A stretch of 64,000 nt of DNA from assembly GCA_963786935.1 (NCBI GenBank), contig CAWBAN010000001.1, forward strand, positions 256,001 through 320,000. The letters are read 5' to 3'. Position 1 is the stretch's first letter, and the number at the start of each line of letters is the position of its first letter. The position numbers and the translations under genes were made by a program. Below the pieces are notes generated by a model. It was given only the letters and a program-made list of their open reading frames with translations. It was not told the DNA's origin and did not search any database. Positions 45,799 to 55,584 of the stretch are shown here, piece by piece. The stretch comes from an uncultured bacterium. GTDB lineage: Bacteria > Krumholzibacteriota > Krumholzibacteriia > Krumholzibacteriales > Krumholzibacteriaceae.

Positions 45799-46281
45799 CT
45801 ACCTCCACAGAAAATGCCCGAGGGTGAAGACCACGCTCAGGTAGATGAAGTGCTTCGTCCACCAGAACGGGGTGAAAAGCCTTCCCATGCCGTTCGGATG
45901 GTAGTGGAGCAGAACGATCTGTCCGAGAAACAGCTTCGGGAAAAGGAGGAGGATGCTCGAGAGCATCGTTCCGAACAGGACGCCCTGGATGTTCACCGGG
46001 GACGGGGGATTGGCGAAGCTCAGCGAGGCCATCGTGATCGCGCCGATCACGACGCTCATCCCGCTGAGCAGGTATCCGACGACGAACGTCCGGCGGTAGT
46101 TGAGGAGCATCGGCGTCGCGACGATGCCGAGAATCCCCGCGATGTACGGCACGAGGAACGCCGGATTCGAGGGATCGGCCGGATCGAACGACACCGGATG
46201 GGCCCTCATATGGAGAAGCCATCCGCCGAGCGACAGAAGGAAGATCGCGCAGATGGGGAGCCGAAGCTCTTTCCTGATCAT
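45799..46281 (-). CDS. Hypothetical multi-pass membrane protein, His-rich
   Basis: Four to five hydrophobic helices. His residues in LLHMRAHP, LLHYHP, TKHF and LGHF. Confidence 0.65.
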   Translation of the reverse strand: MIRKELRLPICAIFLLSLGGWLLHMRAHPVSFDPADPSNPAFLVPYIAGILGIVATPMLLNYRRTFVVGYLLSGMSVVIGAITMASLSFANPPSPVNIQGVLFGTMLSSILLLFPKLFLGQIVLLHYHPNGMGRLFTPFWWTKHFIYLSVVFTLGHFLWR

Positions 46282-46320
46282 ATCGCACCGCCTTTCCCGG
46301 GCGCGCATTCGCCCGTCTTG

Positions 46321-46845
46321 TTACTTCCGCGCGCTGTCCGCGGCCGCGGGAACCGTCTTCGGACCGCCCGGGGGCAGGGAGATGAACCGTATCCAGCTTT
46401 CGATCTGCTCGATCTCCTTTGCCGAGAACGGGGCCGCGTCGATCGGCATCCGGGTGCCCTTGATTCCCTTGCCTCCGCGCAGCTTCATCAGGAGGTAGCT
46501 TTTCTCGGGGCCGCGCGCGTCGACGAGCTTGAGGGTGTTGACCTGCCGGCTCGGCACGTCCTTCACCGCCGCGACGAGCGTTCCGGGCTCGAGGTTGAGC
46601 CCCGCCTTCGGATTCTTCGCGCTGTGGCAACCGGCGCACCGCTTCTTGATGAGCGATACCGCGCCGGCGTTGGCCGCTTTCATGGCGGAATCCGAGGGAA
46701 GGGCCTTCAGGGCCGAGTCGGCGGGTGCTTCGGTCTTCTTCGGAGCCGTTTCCTGCGCCATGATCGAGAAGCGCAGCCCGAGCGATCCGAGAGCCGCGCA
46801 GAGCAGGATCCCGAGCACCGCGGGCCGTGGGTGTTTCTGGGCCAT
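46321..46845 (-). CDS. Monoheme c-type cytochrome (planctomycete cytochrome C-like domain)
   Basis: Signal or TM, RCAGCH, GLNL, PEKSYL..KL, RMP (axial Met) and I.SWI motifs. Confidence 0.85.
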   Translation of the reverse strand: MAQKHPRPAVLGILLCAALGSLGLRFSIMAQETAPKKTEAPADSALKALPSDSAMKAANAGAVSLIKKRCAGCHSAKNPKAGLNLEPGTLVAAVKDVPSRQVNTLKLVDARGPEKSYLLMKLRGGKGIKGTRMPIDAAPFSAKEIEQIESWIRFISLPPGGPKTVPAAADSARK

Positions 46846-46873
46846 GGGAGTCGCCTCCTTTCGGTTCGGATGA

Positions 46874-47941
46874 TCATTGAGTCGCGCGAGCGTTCTTCAG
46901 GACGAGCCGCCGGCCGATGTCTCCCGCCGCGCGGTACGCGATCCCGTCCTCACCCGGGAGGGCGAAGAGCGCGGCGACGCCCGCGAGCCGTCCGACGATC
47001 GGCTGTGCTTCGTCCGGTCCGAGGACGAAGAGTCCCGTCGAGAGCGCGTCCGAGGCGAGCCCCGTCGGTGCGACGACCGTGACGCTCAGGACGCGGGAAA
47101 CGGGGCGGCCCGTTCTCGGATCGATGATGTGGCCGAAGCGCTCGCCTGCGATCTCGACGAAATTCTCGTAGTTGCCCGACGTCGCCACCGCCTCGTCCCG
47201 GAGAACGAGCGTTCCGACCATGTCGAGGCCGCCGTTCGGATCGCGGACCCCGATCGTCCAGCCGTCGCGCCCCGGCGGCGAACCCATCGCGTAGATGTTG
47301 CCGCCGATGTTGACGAGCGCGTTCCGGATGCCGAGCTCCGCGAGCGCCGCGACGCAGCGGTCGACGGCGTATCCCTTCGCGATGCCGGCGAGATCGATCT
47401 GCATGCCGGCGGAGAGGGCCACGGTGGATGCCGCGGAGTCGAGCGCCACCGCGCCGTATCCGACATGCGAGCGCGCGAGCGCGATCTCGTCGTCCGACGG
47501 AAGCCTCGGCTGGCCTCCCTGGAAGCCCCAGAGCCGGACGAGGGGACGGACCGTCACGTCGAAGGCGCCCCCGGTCGCCCGCGAATAGAAGAGGGAGCTG
47601 TCGATGAGCGCGTAGAGCTCGCGCGAAACGGCGACGGGATCACCGCCGGCCGCTCCGTTGAGGCGGGATATCTCGCTCGACGGACGCCACGTGCTCATGA
47701 CGCTTTCGATGCGGTACATCTCGCGGAACGCCGCCTGCGCGGCGCGCTCCGCGTCGGCGTCGTTCAGGCCGGCGATCGTCACCCACGCCTTCGTTCCCAT
47801 GACGAACGTTTCTTTCGTGTACGGCTCGCGGGGAGCGCACGCCGCGGCGACGAGCGCGATCGCCGCGAGCGCGGAAACGAGGAGGAAGGCGAACGTGCCG
47901 TTCCTCCCGGGCGGGCGTGGCGCGGGCACGGGGCCGGTCAT
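46874..47941 (-). CDS. apbE: FAD:protein FMN transferase ApbE (lipoprotein)
   Basis: Lipobox AAAC; MGT, SEISRLN, GAFDVT, DLAGIAKGY, ATSGNYE, HIIDPRTG and DALST motifs. Confidence 0.95.
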   Translation of the reverse strand: MTGPVPAPRPPGRNGTFAFLLVSALAAIALVAAACAPREPYTKETFVMGTKAWVTIAGLNDADAERAAQAAFREMYRIESVMSTWRPSSEISRLNGAAGGDPVAVSRELYALIDSSLFYSRATGGAFDVTVRPLVRLWGFQGGQPRLPSDDEIALARSHVGYGAVALDSAASTVALSAGMQIDLAGIAKGYAVDRCVAALAELGIRNALVNIGGNIYAMGSPPGRDGWTIGVRDPNGGLDMVGTLVLRDEAVATSGNYENFVEIAGERFGHIIDPRTGRPVSRVLSVTVVAPTGLASDALSTGLFVLGPDEAQPIVGRLAGVAALFALPGEDGIAYRAAGDIGRRLVLKNARATQ

Positions 47942-49212
47942 CGGATATCGGGCTTTCCGAGAAGCGTGAACATCCTTCTCTTGTATTCCTCGACCCCGGG
48001 CTGGTCGAATGGATTGACGCCGAGCAGACGCGCGGAGATCGCGACGGCGAGCTCGAAGAACATGAACAGCTCCCCGATCGTCCCGGGAGCGATCGAATCC
48101 GCCTCGATCGCGAGAACGGGTATTCCCCCCGCGGCGTGCGCCTCGCGCGTGCCGGCGAACGCCGTGCGGTTCACCTCGCTCAGGCGGCGTCCCGCGAGGT
48201 AGTTCAAGCCGTCGTCGTCCTCGGCTTCGGCCGGTATCCGGATATCCGCGCGCGGCTCCGCGGCCGAGAGAAAGGTCTCGAGGATGCCCCGCGGCCCATC
48301 CTGCAGATATTGGCCGAGCGAATGGAGGTCGGTGCTCATGACGGCGGAGGCGGGGAAGAGGCCCGCGCCGCTCTTGCCCTCCGATTCGCCGGAGAGCTGC
48401 TTCCACCAGTCGCACAGCGAGGCGAGCTCGGGATGAAACGTCGACAGGACCTCGATCGCGGTTCCCCCGCGGTGCAAGAGATGTCTGAGCGAGGCGTAGC
48501 GGACGGCGTCGTTGCCCGCGTCGTCGCGCGTGTACCGGGCTCGGGCCGCCGCGGCGCCCTCGAGCATCTCGCCGACCGGGATGCCGGCGACGGCGCACGG
48601 AAAGAGGCCGACCGGCGAGAGCACGCTGAACCGCCCGCCGACGCCCGCGGGAATCGCGAAGTCGGCGTACGATTCCTTCGCGGCGATCTTCCGGAGCGCC
48701 CCCGATTCGCGATCGGTTACCGCGACGATCCTCGCGCGCGCGCCCTCCTCGCCGAAGCGGGCGAGGAGCATGCCCCGCAGGATCCGGAACGCGATCGCTG
48801 GCTCGAGCGTCGTCCCCGATTTCGAGATGACGCAGACGGCGAACCGTTTGCCCTCGAGCCCGGCGAAGAGGCGCTCGTGATATTCGGGGGAGAGGTTGAC
48901 GCCGGCGAAGAGGACGGGGAACGGCGATTCCCGCGGAAGCGCCTCGATCGCGGCGCGGGCGCCGAGATACGAGCCGCCGATGCCGACGACGACGAGGCAG
49001 TCGTTCTCGTCCTGGATCCGCTTCGCCCGGTCGACGAGCCGTTCGATATCGCTTCGCGGCGCGAGCGGGAGGTCGAGCCATCCGAGCATGTCGGCGCCGG
49101 CGCCTTCCCGCCGCACGAGCGAACGCAGCTCGGCGAGCCCGGCGGGAACCGCGGCGGCCAGCGCGTCTTCCGCGGCGAACCGCCGCGTCAGCGTGAAATC
49201 GACCGTGAGCAT
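47938..49212 (-). CDS. pgi: Glucose-6-phosphate isomerase
   Basis: GIGGSYLG, SKSGTT.E, GGRFSVLS, QL.GESEGK, DLHSLGQ and NPFDQPGVE.YK motifs. Confidence 0.96.
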   Translation of the reverse strand: MLTVDFTLTRRFAAEDALAAAVPAGLAELRSLVRREGAGADMLGWLDLPLAPRSDIERLVDRAKRIQDENDCLVVVGIGGSYLGARAAIEALPRESPFPVLFAGVNLSPEYHERLFAGLEGKRFAVCVISKSGTTLEPAIAFRILRGMLLARFGEEGARARIVAVTDRESGALRKIAAKESYADFAIPAGVGGRFSVLSPVGLFPCAVAGIPVGEMLEGAAAARARYTRDDAGNDAVRYASLRHLLHRGGTAIEVLSTFHPELASLCDWWKQLSGESEGKSGAGLFPASAVMSTDLHSLGQYLQDGPRGILETFLSAAEPRADIRIPAEAEDDDGLNYLAGRRLSEVNRTAFAGTREAHAAGGIPVLAIEADSIAPGTIGELFMFFELAVAISARLLGVNPFDQPGVEEYKRRMFTLLGKPDIR

Positions 49213-49273
49213 AGTGCCTTTCGTCGGGCGGCGGCCGCGCGCAGCCGGCCGAGCGCGGGATGTCCGGCGCCCG

Positions 49274-50950
49274 TCACGCCCCCCCGGTGATGGAGCGCTC
49301 CGCGAGCCGCACCGTTTCCTCCGTATGGGCGATCGTTTCGGCGCGGAGACGCTTCGCCGTCTCCAGCGTTTCGCTCCGGAAACGTTCGTCGGCGATGCCG
49401 GGGAGGTTGATCGCCACGTTGAGGTACGCCCCCTCGGCGGCGGTCCGCGCCGCGAGGGCGGCGACCCCGCCGTCGCTGATCGAGTTCTTGTTTCCGCGCT
49501 CGACGACGGTCCGCGCGATATGGGCCGCCTCGAGCGCGCGATCGAGAACGCCGAGGGGGACGAGGGTGGCCCCCTCCGTCGCTTCCTGGATCGCGGTCTC
49601 GCGGGCCTTCCGCTCCTCGTCCGTTCCCTTCGGGAGGCGCATGGCCTCCATGACCTTGTTGAACGCGTCCGTGTCGCGGTCGACGTCGGCGAGGAACGCG
49701 ACCTTCAGCTCCTGGGCCCGGACGCCGGCGCGCTCCATCTCATCATTCGCGGATTCGTATCCCTTCTTGCCGTGGGTGAGCGCGGCTACCATCGAGGAGA
49801 GCGCTCCGCTCATCGCCCCGCAGAGCGCCGCCACACTCCCGCCCCCCGGCGCCGGCGCGTCCGTCGAGAGGACGTCCGTGAACTCGCTCACCTTCATTCC
49901 GGCGAGGGGACCCTCGGTTCTGAACTGGTACTCGATGATCTTCTTTCCGGGCTCGAAGGGGTAGAGATCGCCCATTCCCATCGAGAGGGCCGCGATGTGG
50001 ATGAGCTCCGCCTCGGGGACGCCCGCGGTCTTCTTCTGCTTGGCGAGGTAATGACGGCCCGCCTGCAGCATCGCCTCGAGCGGAATGAGGCCGACGAGCT
50101 CGCTCCCCGTGACGCGCGCCCCGTGGCGCTCGGCGAGCTTCACGCACTCGTCGAACACGACGTGCGGGGGAGTGAGCCGATAGTTGACGAGATTCATCGA
50201 GATCTGGGCCCGGCCGAAATTCTCCATGTACCAGCCGACCGCCTTGCAGGCCTTGAATTTTCCCGGCGAGAAGATCGTTTCGCCGCAGTCGTCCTTCAGG
50301 ACGACGCCCTTCGCGTCCCGCTTCGCGCGCCCCTTCTCCCTGATGTCGAAGGCGATCTCGCGCGCGATCCGCACGTCGCGCGTGTTGAGGTTGATGTTGT
50401 AGGCGATGAGGAACTCGCGCGCGCCGATGACCGTGGCGCCGCTCTTCGGGTTGAACACCGCGGGGCCGAAATCCGGTTTCCACGCCGGATCCTTGAGCTT
50501 CTCGGCGAGCCCCTCGTACTCTCCCTGCCGGACGTCGGCGAGGTTGCGCCGCTCGGGGCGCGAGGCGGCCTCCTCGTAGAGGTACACGGGGATGCCGAGA
50601 TCCGCGGCCACGCGGGCGCCGAGGGAGCGGGCGAGCGCCGCGCAGTCCTCCATCGAAACGCCGGAAACCGGCACAAAGGGGCAGACGTCGGTCGCGCCGA
50701 GCCGGGCGTGCGCCCCGGCGTGCGTCCGCATGTCGATGATCTCCGTCGCCTTCGCGATCGCCCTGAACGCGGCCTCGAGCGCCGCCTCGGGGGCGCCGAT
50801 GAACGTCACGACGGTCCGGTTCGTGTCCTTGCCCGGATCGACGTCCAGGAGCTTGACCCCCTCGGTCGCGCGGATCTCGCTCGCGATCTGCTCGATCTTC
50901 GCCGCGTCGCGTCCCTCGCTGAAGTTGGGGACGCATTCCACCAGTTTCAT
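49274..50950 (-). CDS. ftcD: Bifunctional glutamate formimidoyltransferase / formimidoyltetrahydrofolate cyclodeaminase
   Basis: ECVPNFSEGR, NRTVVT, H.R.GATDVCPF and GSELVGL motifs. C-terminal PGGGSV and NV.INL. Confidence 0.95.
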   Translation of the reverse strand: MKLVECVPNFSEGRDAAKIEQIASEIRATEGVKLLDVDPGKDTNRTVVTFIGAPEAALEAAFRAIAKATEIIDMRTHAGAHARLGATDVCPFVPVSGVSMEDCAALARSLGARVAADLGIPVYLYEEAASRPERRNLADVRQGEYEGLAEKLKDPAWKPDFGPAVFNPKSGATVIGAREFLIAYNINLNTRDVRIAREIAFDIREKGRAKRDAKGVVLKDDCGETIFSPGKFKACKAVGWYMENFGRAQISMNLVNYRLTPPHVVFDECVKLAERHGARVTGSELVGLIPLEAMLQAGRHYLAKQKKTAGVPEAELIHIAALSMGMGDLYPFEPGKKIIEYQFRTEGPLAGMKVSEFTDVLSTDAPAPGGGSVAALCGAMSGALSSMVAALTHGKKGYESANDEMERAGVRAQELKVAFLADVDRDTDAFNKVMEAMRLPKGTDEERKARETAIQEATEGATLVPLGVLDRALEAAHIARTVVERGNKNSISDGGVAALAARTAAEGAYLNVAINLPGIADERFRSETLETAKRLRAETIAHTEETVRLAERSITGGA

Positions 50951-51131
50951 TCGGTGCACCGCCTTGCCCGTTCGAAGCCTCGTTCTTGCATTATCCGCAG
51001 CGTCTGTGGTACGTTGACGCCCGCCGGGGCGATCCTGAGCGACCGGACGATCCGGCGCGCTCTTCGAAGGATACCCAATATCTCACGGGACGGTCAAGGG
51101 GGAGTGTGCGCGCGGGAGCGAGGCGGTTCTC

Positions 51132-51905
51132 ATGATATTTCACGCGAGCGTCATGCTCGACCAGCTCGTGGAAAAGCTCGATTCGGTCGCGCGGGCCGGG
51201 TTCCATCCCGAAGTGCGGATGAGAGACGCGCGGCATCTCATGGAGCTTGCCGACGCCGATGTCGCGCGGATGGGGAAGCTCCTCGCCGAGCGCTCGCTCG
51301 CGACCTTCACGCACGGCCCGTTCCTCGGGCTCGATATCGCGAGCCTCGACGCTCATATCGCCGAATACAGCGCCGCGTGCCTCGCGCGCGGACTCGAGGT
51401 GACCGCGGGGCTCGGCGGCCCCGTGATGGTCATTCACACGAACTACTCTCCGCGCTTCTCGCGCGCGGGCCTGCGCGAGTGGCTCGGGAACTGGAGCGAG
51501 CGCATGGGCCCGATTCTCGAGAAGGCGCGCGGGCTCGGCGTGCGCGTCGCCCTCGAGAACGTGTGGGAGGAGCGTCCGGAAACGCTCGCCCGTCTCATCG
51601 GGGTCCTTCCGGGCCGCGACGCGATGGTGTGCCTCGACACGGGGCACATCGCGGCGTTCTCGCGGCTTCCCGCGGCTCGATGGTGGGAGCTCCTCGGCGA
51701 GCGCGTGATCGCGCTTCACCTGCACGACAACGACGGGCTCTCCGACGATCATCTCCCTCCCGGGGACGGGATCTTCGATTTCCCGTCGCTCGTGGGGATT
51801 CTGCGGAGGCGGGAGGCGCTTCCGCTCATGACCTTCGAAACGGACGTCGCCGGGGCGATCGAGGGCAGGGCGTATCTCGACGGGCTCTTTTCGGAGGGAA
51901 CGTGA
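51132..51905 (+). CDS. Sugar phosphate isomerase/epimerase (AP_endonuc_2 TIM barrel)
   Basis: HGPF, ALEN, CLDTGH, LHLHDN.G..D.HL.PGDG and FE motifs. Confidence 0.85.
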   Translation: MIFHASVMLDQLVEKLDSVARAGFHPEVRMRDARHLMELADADVARMGKLLAERSLATFTHGPFLGLDIASLDAHIAEYSAACLARGLEVTAGLGGPVMVIHTNYSPRFSRAGLREWLGNWSERMGPILEKARGLGVRVALENVWEERPETLARLIGVLPGRDAMVCLDTGHIAAFSRLPAARWWELLGERVIALHLHDNDGLSDDHLPPGDGIFDFPSLVGILRRREALPLMTFETDVAGAIEGRAYLDGLFSEGT

Positions 51906-51927
51906 AATCCGCCGGCGAGGAGTGGTG

Positions 51928-53067
51928 ATGGAAACGCTTCGTCTGCTGCACACGTCGGACGTTCATATCGGCGCGCCGTTCGCGTTCCTCGGAGGGAAGG
52001 GGAGCGAGCAGCGCGCCGCCCTGCGCGAGGCGTTCGCCGGAATCGCCCGCATCGCGCAAGACGAGAAATACGACGTGCTCCTCGTCGCGGGGGATCTCTT
52101 CGACGCCGCGTTCGAGACGAGCGAGGCGGACGTCTCGCACGTCCTCGGCTGCCTCCGCGCCGCCGCCGCCTCGTGCCGCGTCGTCATCCTGCCGGGCGGC
52201 CACGACCGGTACGCGCCCGGATCGGTGTTCGAGCGGGAGCGAAAGCGGTTCGAGACGATCGCCAACGTGCGGATCTTCGTCCCGGGGCGCGAGGTGATCG
52301 ACTTTCCGGAGCTCTCCCTCGCCGTGCACGGGCGCTCGCTCGTCTCGAACGTGCCGGCCGCGGACACCTTCGCGGGGCTCGCGCCGATCGCCGGCCGCCG
52401 GTGGAACGTCTGCGCGGCGCACTGCTCGGTCGAGGGATTCGCCGCGGATCTCGACGCGGGGGAGATGCCGGCGCGGCTGGGCGATCTCGCGGCCGGATTC
52501 GACTACACGGCGCTCGGGCACTGGCACTCCTACAGGGTGCTGCGGGACGCGCCCCCCGTGCTCTACTGCGGCGCCCCCGAGATCGTCGCGCGGGACCAGC
52601 AGGGGGCGGGCTTCGCCGTGTCGGTCACGCTCGCCGGCGGCTCCGCGTCGTTCGAGCGTCGGCGAATCGGCAAGCGGCGCATCGAGCGCCGCGCCGTCGA
52701 CTGTACGGGGCTCGGCTCGACCGACGAGCTCGTCGAGCGCGCGCTCCGCGAGATTCCGCCCGACGGCGATCTGATTCTCGATCTCTCGCTCGGGGGGCTC
52801 GTGCGGATCGGCTCGGCGCTCGATCCGGCGCAGTGCGCCGCGGAGCTCGAACGGCATTACTTCTCCGTGCGGCTCTCGGGGAACGGCCCCTCGCGGGAGA
52901 TATCGCGGGAGGAGCTCCTCGCCGTGCCCGCCGACACGGTCGCCGGGGCGTTCGTGCGCGGCATGATGAAACGGATCGAGGGGGCAGAAGGGGACGCGAA
53001 GGAGCTTTCCGAGGAAGCGCTTCAGATGGGCTATCAGCTGTTCAAGGGCAGGGATCCGATCGGGTGA
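51928..53067 (+). CDS. Mre11/SbcD-like (YhaO-type) DNA repair exonuclease
   Basis: LHTSDVHIG, AGDLFD, PGGHD, ALGHWH and YCG.PE motifs. Confidence 0.88.
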   Translation: METLRLLHTSDVHIGAPFAFLGGKGSEQRAALREAFAGIARIAQDEKYDVLLVAGDLFDAAFETSEADVSHVLGCLRAAAASCRVVILPGGHDRYAPGSVFERERKRFETIANVRIFVPGREVIDFPELSLAVHGRSLVSNVPAADTFAGLAPIAGRRWNVCAAHCSVEGFAADLDAGEMPARLGDLAAGFDYTALGHWHSYRVLRDAPPVLYCGAPEIVARDQQGAGFAVSVTLAGGSASFERRRIGKRRIERRAVDCTGLGSTDELVERALREIPPDGDLILDLSLGGLVRIGSALDPAQCAAELERHYFSVRLSGNGPSREISREELLAVPADTVAGAFVRGMMKRIEGAEGDAKELSEEALQMGYQLFKGRDPIG

Positions 53068-53106
53068 GCTCGTCCGGGGCGGCATCGGACGAGGAGGAGA
53101 TCGAAC

Positions 53107-55212
53107 GTGCGGATCGACCGCGTCGCTCTCGATAATTTCCTCGCTTTCAAGGCGGTCTCGGCCGAGCTCGCTCCGGGGCTCAGCGTGGTTCTGTCCCCGA
53201 ACGAGGGGGGAAAGTCGAGCCTCTTCCGTGGGATCGCGACCGGGCTCTACGCGAGCGCCGCGACGAAGAGCGCCGATATCCTCGCGCTCGCGCGGTGGGG
53301 AAGTGCGGCGCGGTTCAGGATCGAAATCGATTTCACGCTGACGGACGGATCGTACCGCCTCGTCCGCGATTTCGGCTCGAGGGAGCAGATGATCGCCCGC
53401 GCCGGGGAGAGCCTCCCGCTCGCCAAGGGGAAGGCCGTCGACGAGTTTCTCGGCGAGCGCCTTCCGATCGCCGACGAGAACCTGTTTCTCCGCGTCTGCG
53501 GCGTCCGCCACGAGGAGCTCGCCCTCGTCGGGGACGGGAGCCCGGGCATCGGCGAAGCGATCGAGGAGATCCTCGGCGGCGGATGGGGGAGCGCCACGCC
53601 GGCGCGGGTCCAGCGCATGGTCGAGGAAAAAAAGAAGGAGCTCATCAAGGGACGGGACCGGCCGGTCAACGAGGCGAACCGCGGCCCCATCAAACGATTC
53701 AGGGACGAGGTCGACCGGCTCGAGCGGGATGGTTCCCGCGCCGCGGCCGTCGCGCTCACCCGCGAACGGCTCCTCGCGAGCCTCTCCGGTATCGACGCGC
53801 AGTCGAGCCGCCTCGACGCCGACATCGAGCTCGCGCGCCAGAGGCGGGACCGGGCTTCGAAGCACCGGGATCTCGAGAGAGACGAGAAGGCGGCGGGGGA
53901 GAAGGCGGACGACCTGCGCAAGCGCCGGGACCGCCTCGGAGAGCTCCTCTCGATGAAGCGCTCGCTCGCCGCGGAATCGGCGCGCTTCCCGGGCGCGCTC
54001 CTGCGCGGGGCCCCGGCGCTCCTCGACGAATTGAGGGCCGATTTCGAGCGCGAGCGCCTCCTCGACCGGGAAACGGCCCAAGCGGCGGCGCGCCCCGGCG
54101 CGTGGTCCCCGCTCTGGCGGCCGGTGCTCGCGGCGGCGCTCGTCGTTGCGGGCGTCGTCGGCGCGGCGCTCGGCGCGCGCGTCATGCTCGCGTGTCTCGC
54201 GGCGGGCGCCCTGCTCGCCGTGTGGCATTTCGCGCGCGGATCGGGGCGCGGCGAGCGGGAACGGCGGGCCGGACTCGGCGGCGAGCGCGAGCGGCTCGCC
54301 GCGAAGCGAATCGCGCTCCTCGGCGAGCGGCCGCTCGAGGATTCGAAGGCGCTCCTCGCCGAGTGCTCGCGATGGAGGGAGCGCTCGGCCGATGTCGAAT
54401 CGAGAATCGAGGAGGCCGCCGGCGGCGCTCGGGCGGATCGGGGGGACCTCGTCGACGCGCTCGACCGCGAGTACGGCGCGGCGGCCGTCGCCCTGCGCGC
54501 CGTCGCCGAAGCACGCGCGGCGCTCGATCCGTTCAAAGCCGACGGTGAGGGTTTGCTGAAGCTCGAGCGCGAGCTGGTGCGGCTCGAAGAAGATCGCGCG
54601 CGCCTCGCCGCCGCCCGCGCGCAGGCCGATCGCGATCTCGCCTCGCTCGAGCGCGTCGACGGGATCGAGATCGTCGAGCGGCTCGCCGTCGCGCGGGAAG
54701 GGCTGCGGCGCGCCGAGCGGAGGGAGCGCGTGCTCGAGACGATTCTCGAAACGCTCGTCGAGGCGCGGCGGAGCGTGGCCGGCCAGCTCGCGGAGCGGCT
54801 CCCGCCGCTCGCCGCGTCGCACCTGTCGCGGATCACCGGCGGCCGCTACGAAACGCTCTTCATCGATCCGCTCACCCTGCGGATCGAGACCGTTCCCGCC
54901 CGCGGGGACGCCGAAGCGGCGCTCGGCGCGCGCCCCGCGCCGGATCGCATCGAGCCCGGCTCGGTCAGCCAGGGGGCCCGCGATCAGATCTATCTCGCCG
55001 TGCGGCTCGCCCTCGTCGAGCTCATGAGCCGCGGAGAGCCGCAGCCGGTCTTCCTCGACGACCCGTTCGTCCACTTCGATCCCGACCGGCGCGCTCGCGC
55101 GCTCGAGCTCGTGCGCGAGTTCGCCGAGAAGCACCAGGTCGTCGTCTTCACGTGCGATCCCCGCTTCCGCGACGGCGGCGTCCGTCTCGTCGAGCTTCCG
55201 GCGAGGGCCTGA
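53107..55212 (+). CDS. Rad50/SMC-like ATPase (YhaN-type) with central TM hairpin
   Basis: Walker A PNEGGKS, coiled coils, two TMs, signature SQGARDQ..LA.RL, Walker B FLDDPFVHFD and FTC. Confidence 0.88.
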   Translation: MRIDRVALDNFLAFKAVSAELAPGLSVVLSPNEGGKSSLFRGIATGLYASAATKSADILALARWGSAARFRIEIDFTLTDGSYRLVRDFGSREQMIARAGESLPLAKGKAVDEFLGERLPIADENLFLRVCGVRHEELALVGDGSPGIGEAIEEILGGGWGSATPARVQRMVEEKKKELIKGRDRPVNEANRGPIKRFRDEVDRLERDGSRAAAVALTRERLLASLSGIDAQSSRLDADIELARQRRDRASKHRDLERDEKAAGEKADDLRKRRDRLGELLSMKRSLAAESARFPGALLRGAPALLDELRADFERERLLDRETAQAAARPGAWSPLWRPVLAAALVVAGVVGAALGARVMLACLAAGALLAVWHFARGSGRGERERRAGLGGERERLAAKRIALLGERPLEDSKALLAECSRWRERSADVESRIEEAAGGARADRGDLVDALDREYGAAAVALRAVAEARAALDPFKADGEGLLKLERELVRLEEDRARLAAARAQADRDLASLERVDGIEIVERLAVAREGLRRAERRERVLETILETLVEARRSVAGQLAERLPPLAASHLSRITGGRYETLFIDPLTLRIETVPARGDAEAALGARPAPDRIEPGSVSQGARDQIYLAVRLALVELMSRGEPQPVFLDDPFVHFDPDRRARALELVREFAEKHQVVVFTCDPRFRDGGVRLVELPARA

Positions 55213-55299
55213 ATTCTCTTGTCAAGCCGTCCGCGCCGGCGTACCGTTTCGATATCAATCGGCAGGAGAATTACGGGAGCTTTCAGCCGGGAGGACGGT

Positions 55300-55560
55300 A
55301 TGAAAGAGATCGAGGTGGGCGTCGTCCAGGACTATTTCGCGAAGATCGGCGTCGCGGCTCTCGGAATTGCCGCCCACGGGATCAAGGTCGGCGACGAGGT
55401 TCATTTCAAGGGGCACACGACCGATTTCAGCCAGATCATCGATTCCCTCCAGATCGAGCACGCGCAGGTGAACGAGGCCGGCGCCGGCGTTTCGGTGGGA
55501 ACGAGGGTGAAGGACCGCGTCAGGGCGGGGGACAAGATCTTCAAGGTCGTCGAGGATTGA
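55300..55560 (+). CDS. Small translation elongation factor-like beta-barrel protein
   Basis: VG.V.DYF.KIGVA, VGD.V.F.GHTTDF.Q...SLQIEH and V...VR.GD..FKV motifs. GGGAGG RBS. Confidence 0.8.
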   Translation: MKEIEVGVVQDYFAKIGVAALGIAAHGIKVGDEVHFKGHTTDFSQIIDSLQIEHAQVNEAGAGVSVGTRVKDRVRAGDKIFKVVED

Positions 55561-55584
55561 CGCGATTCGCCGAGGGCGCGATGG

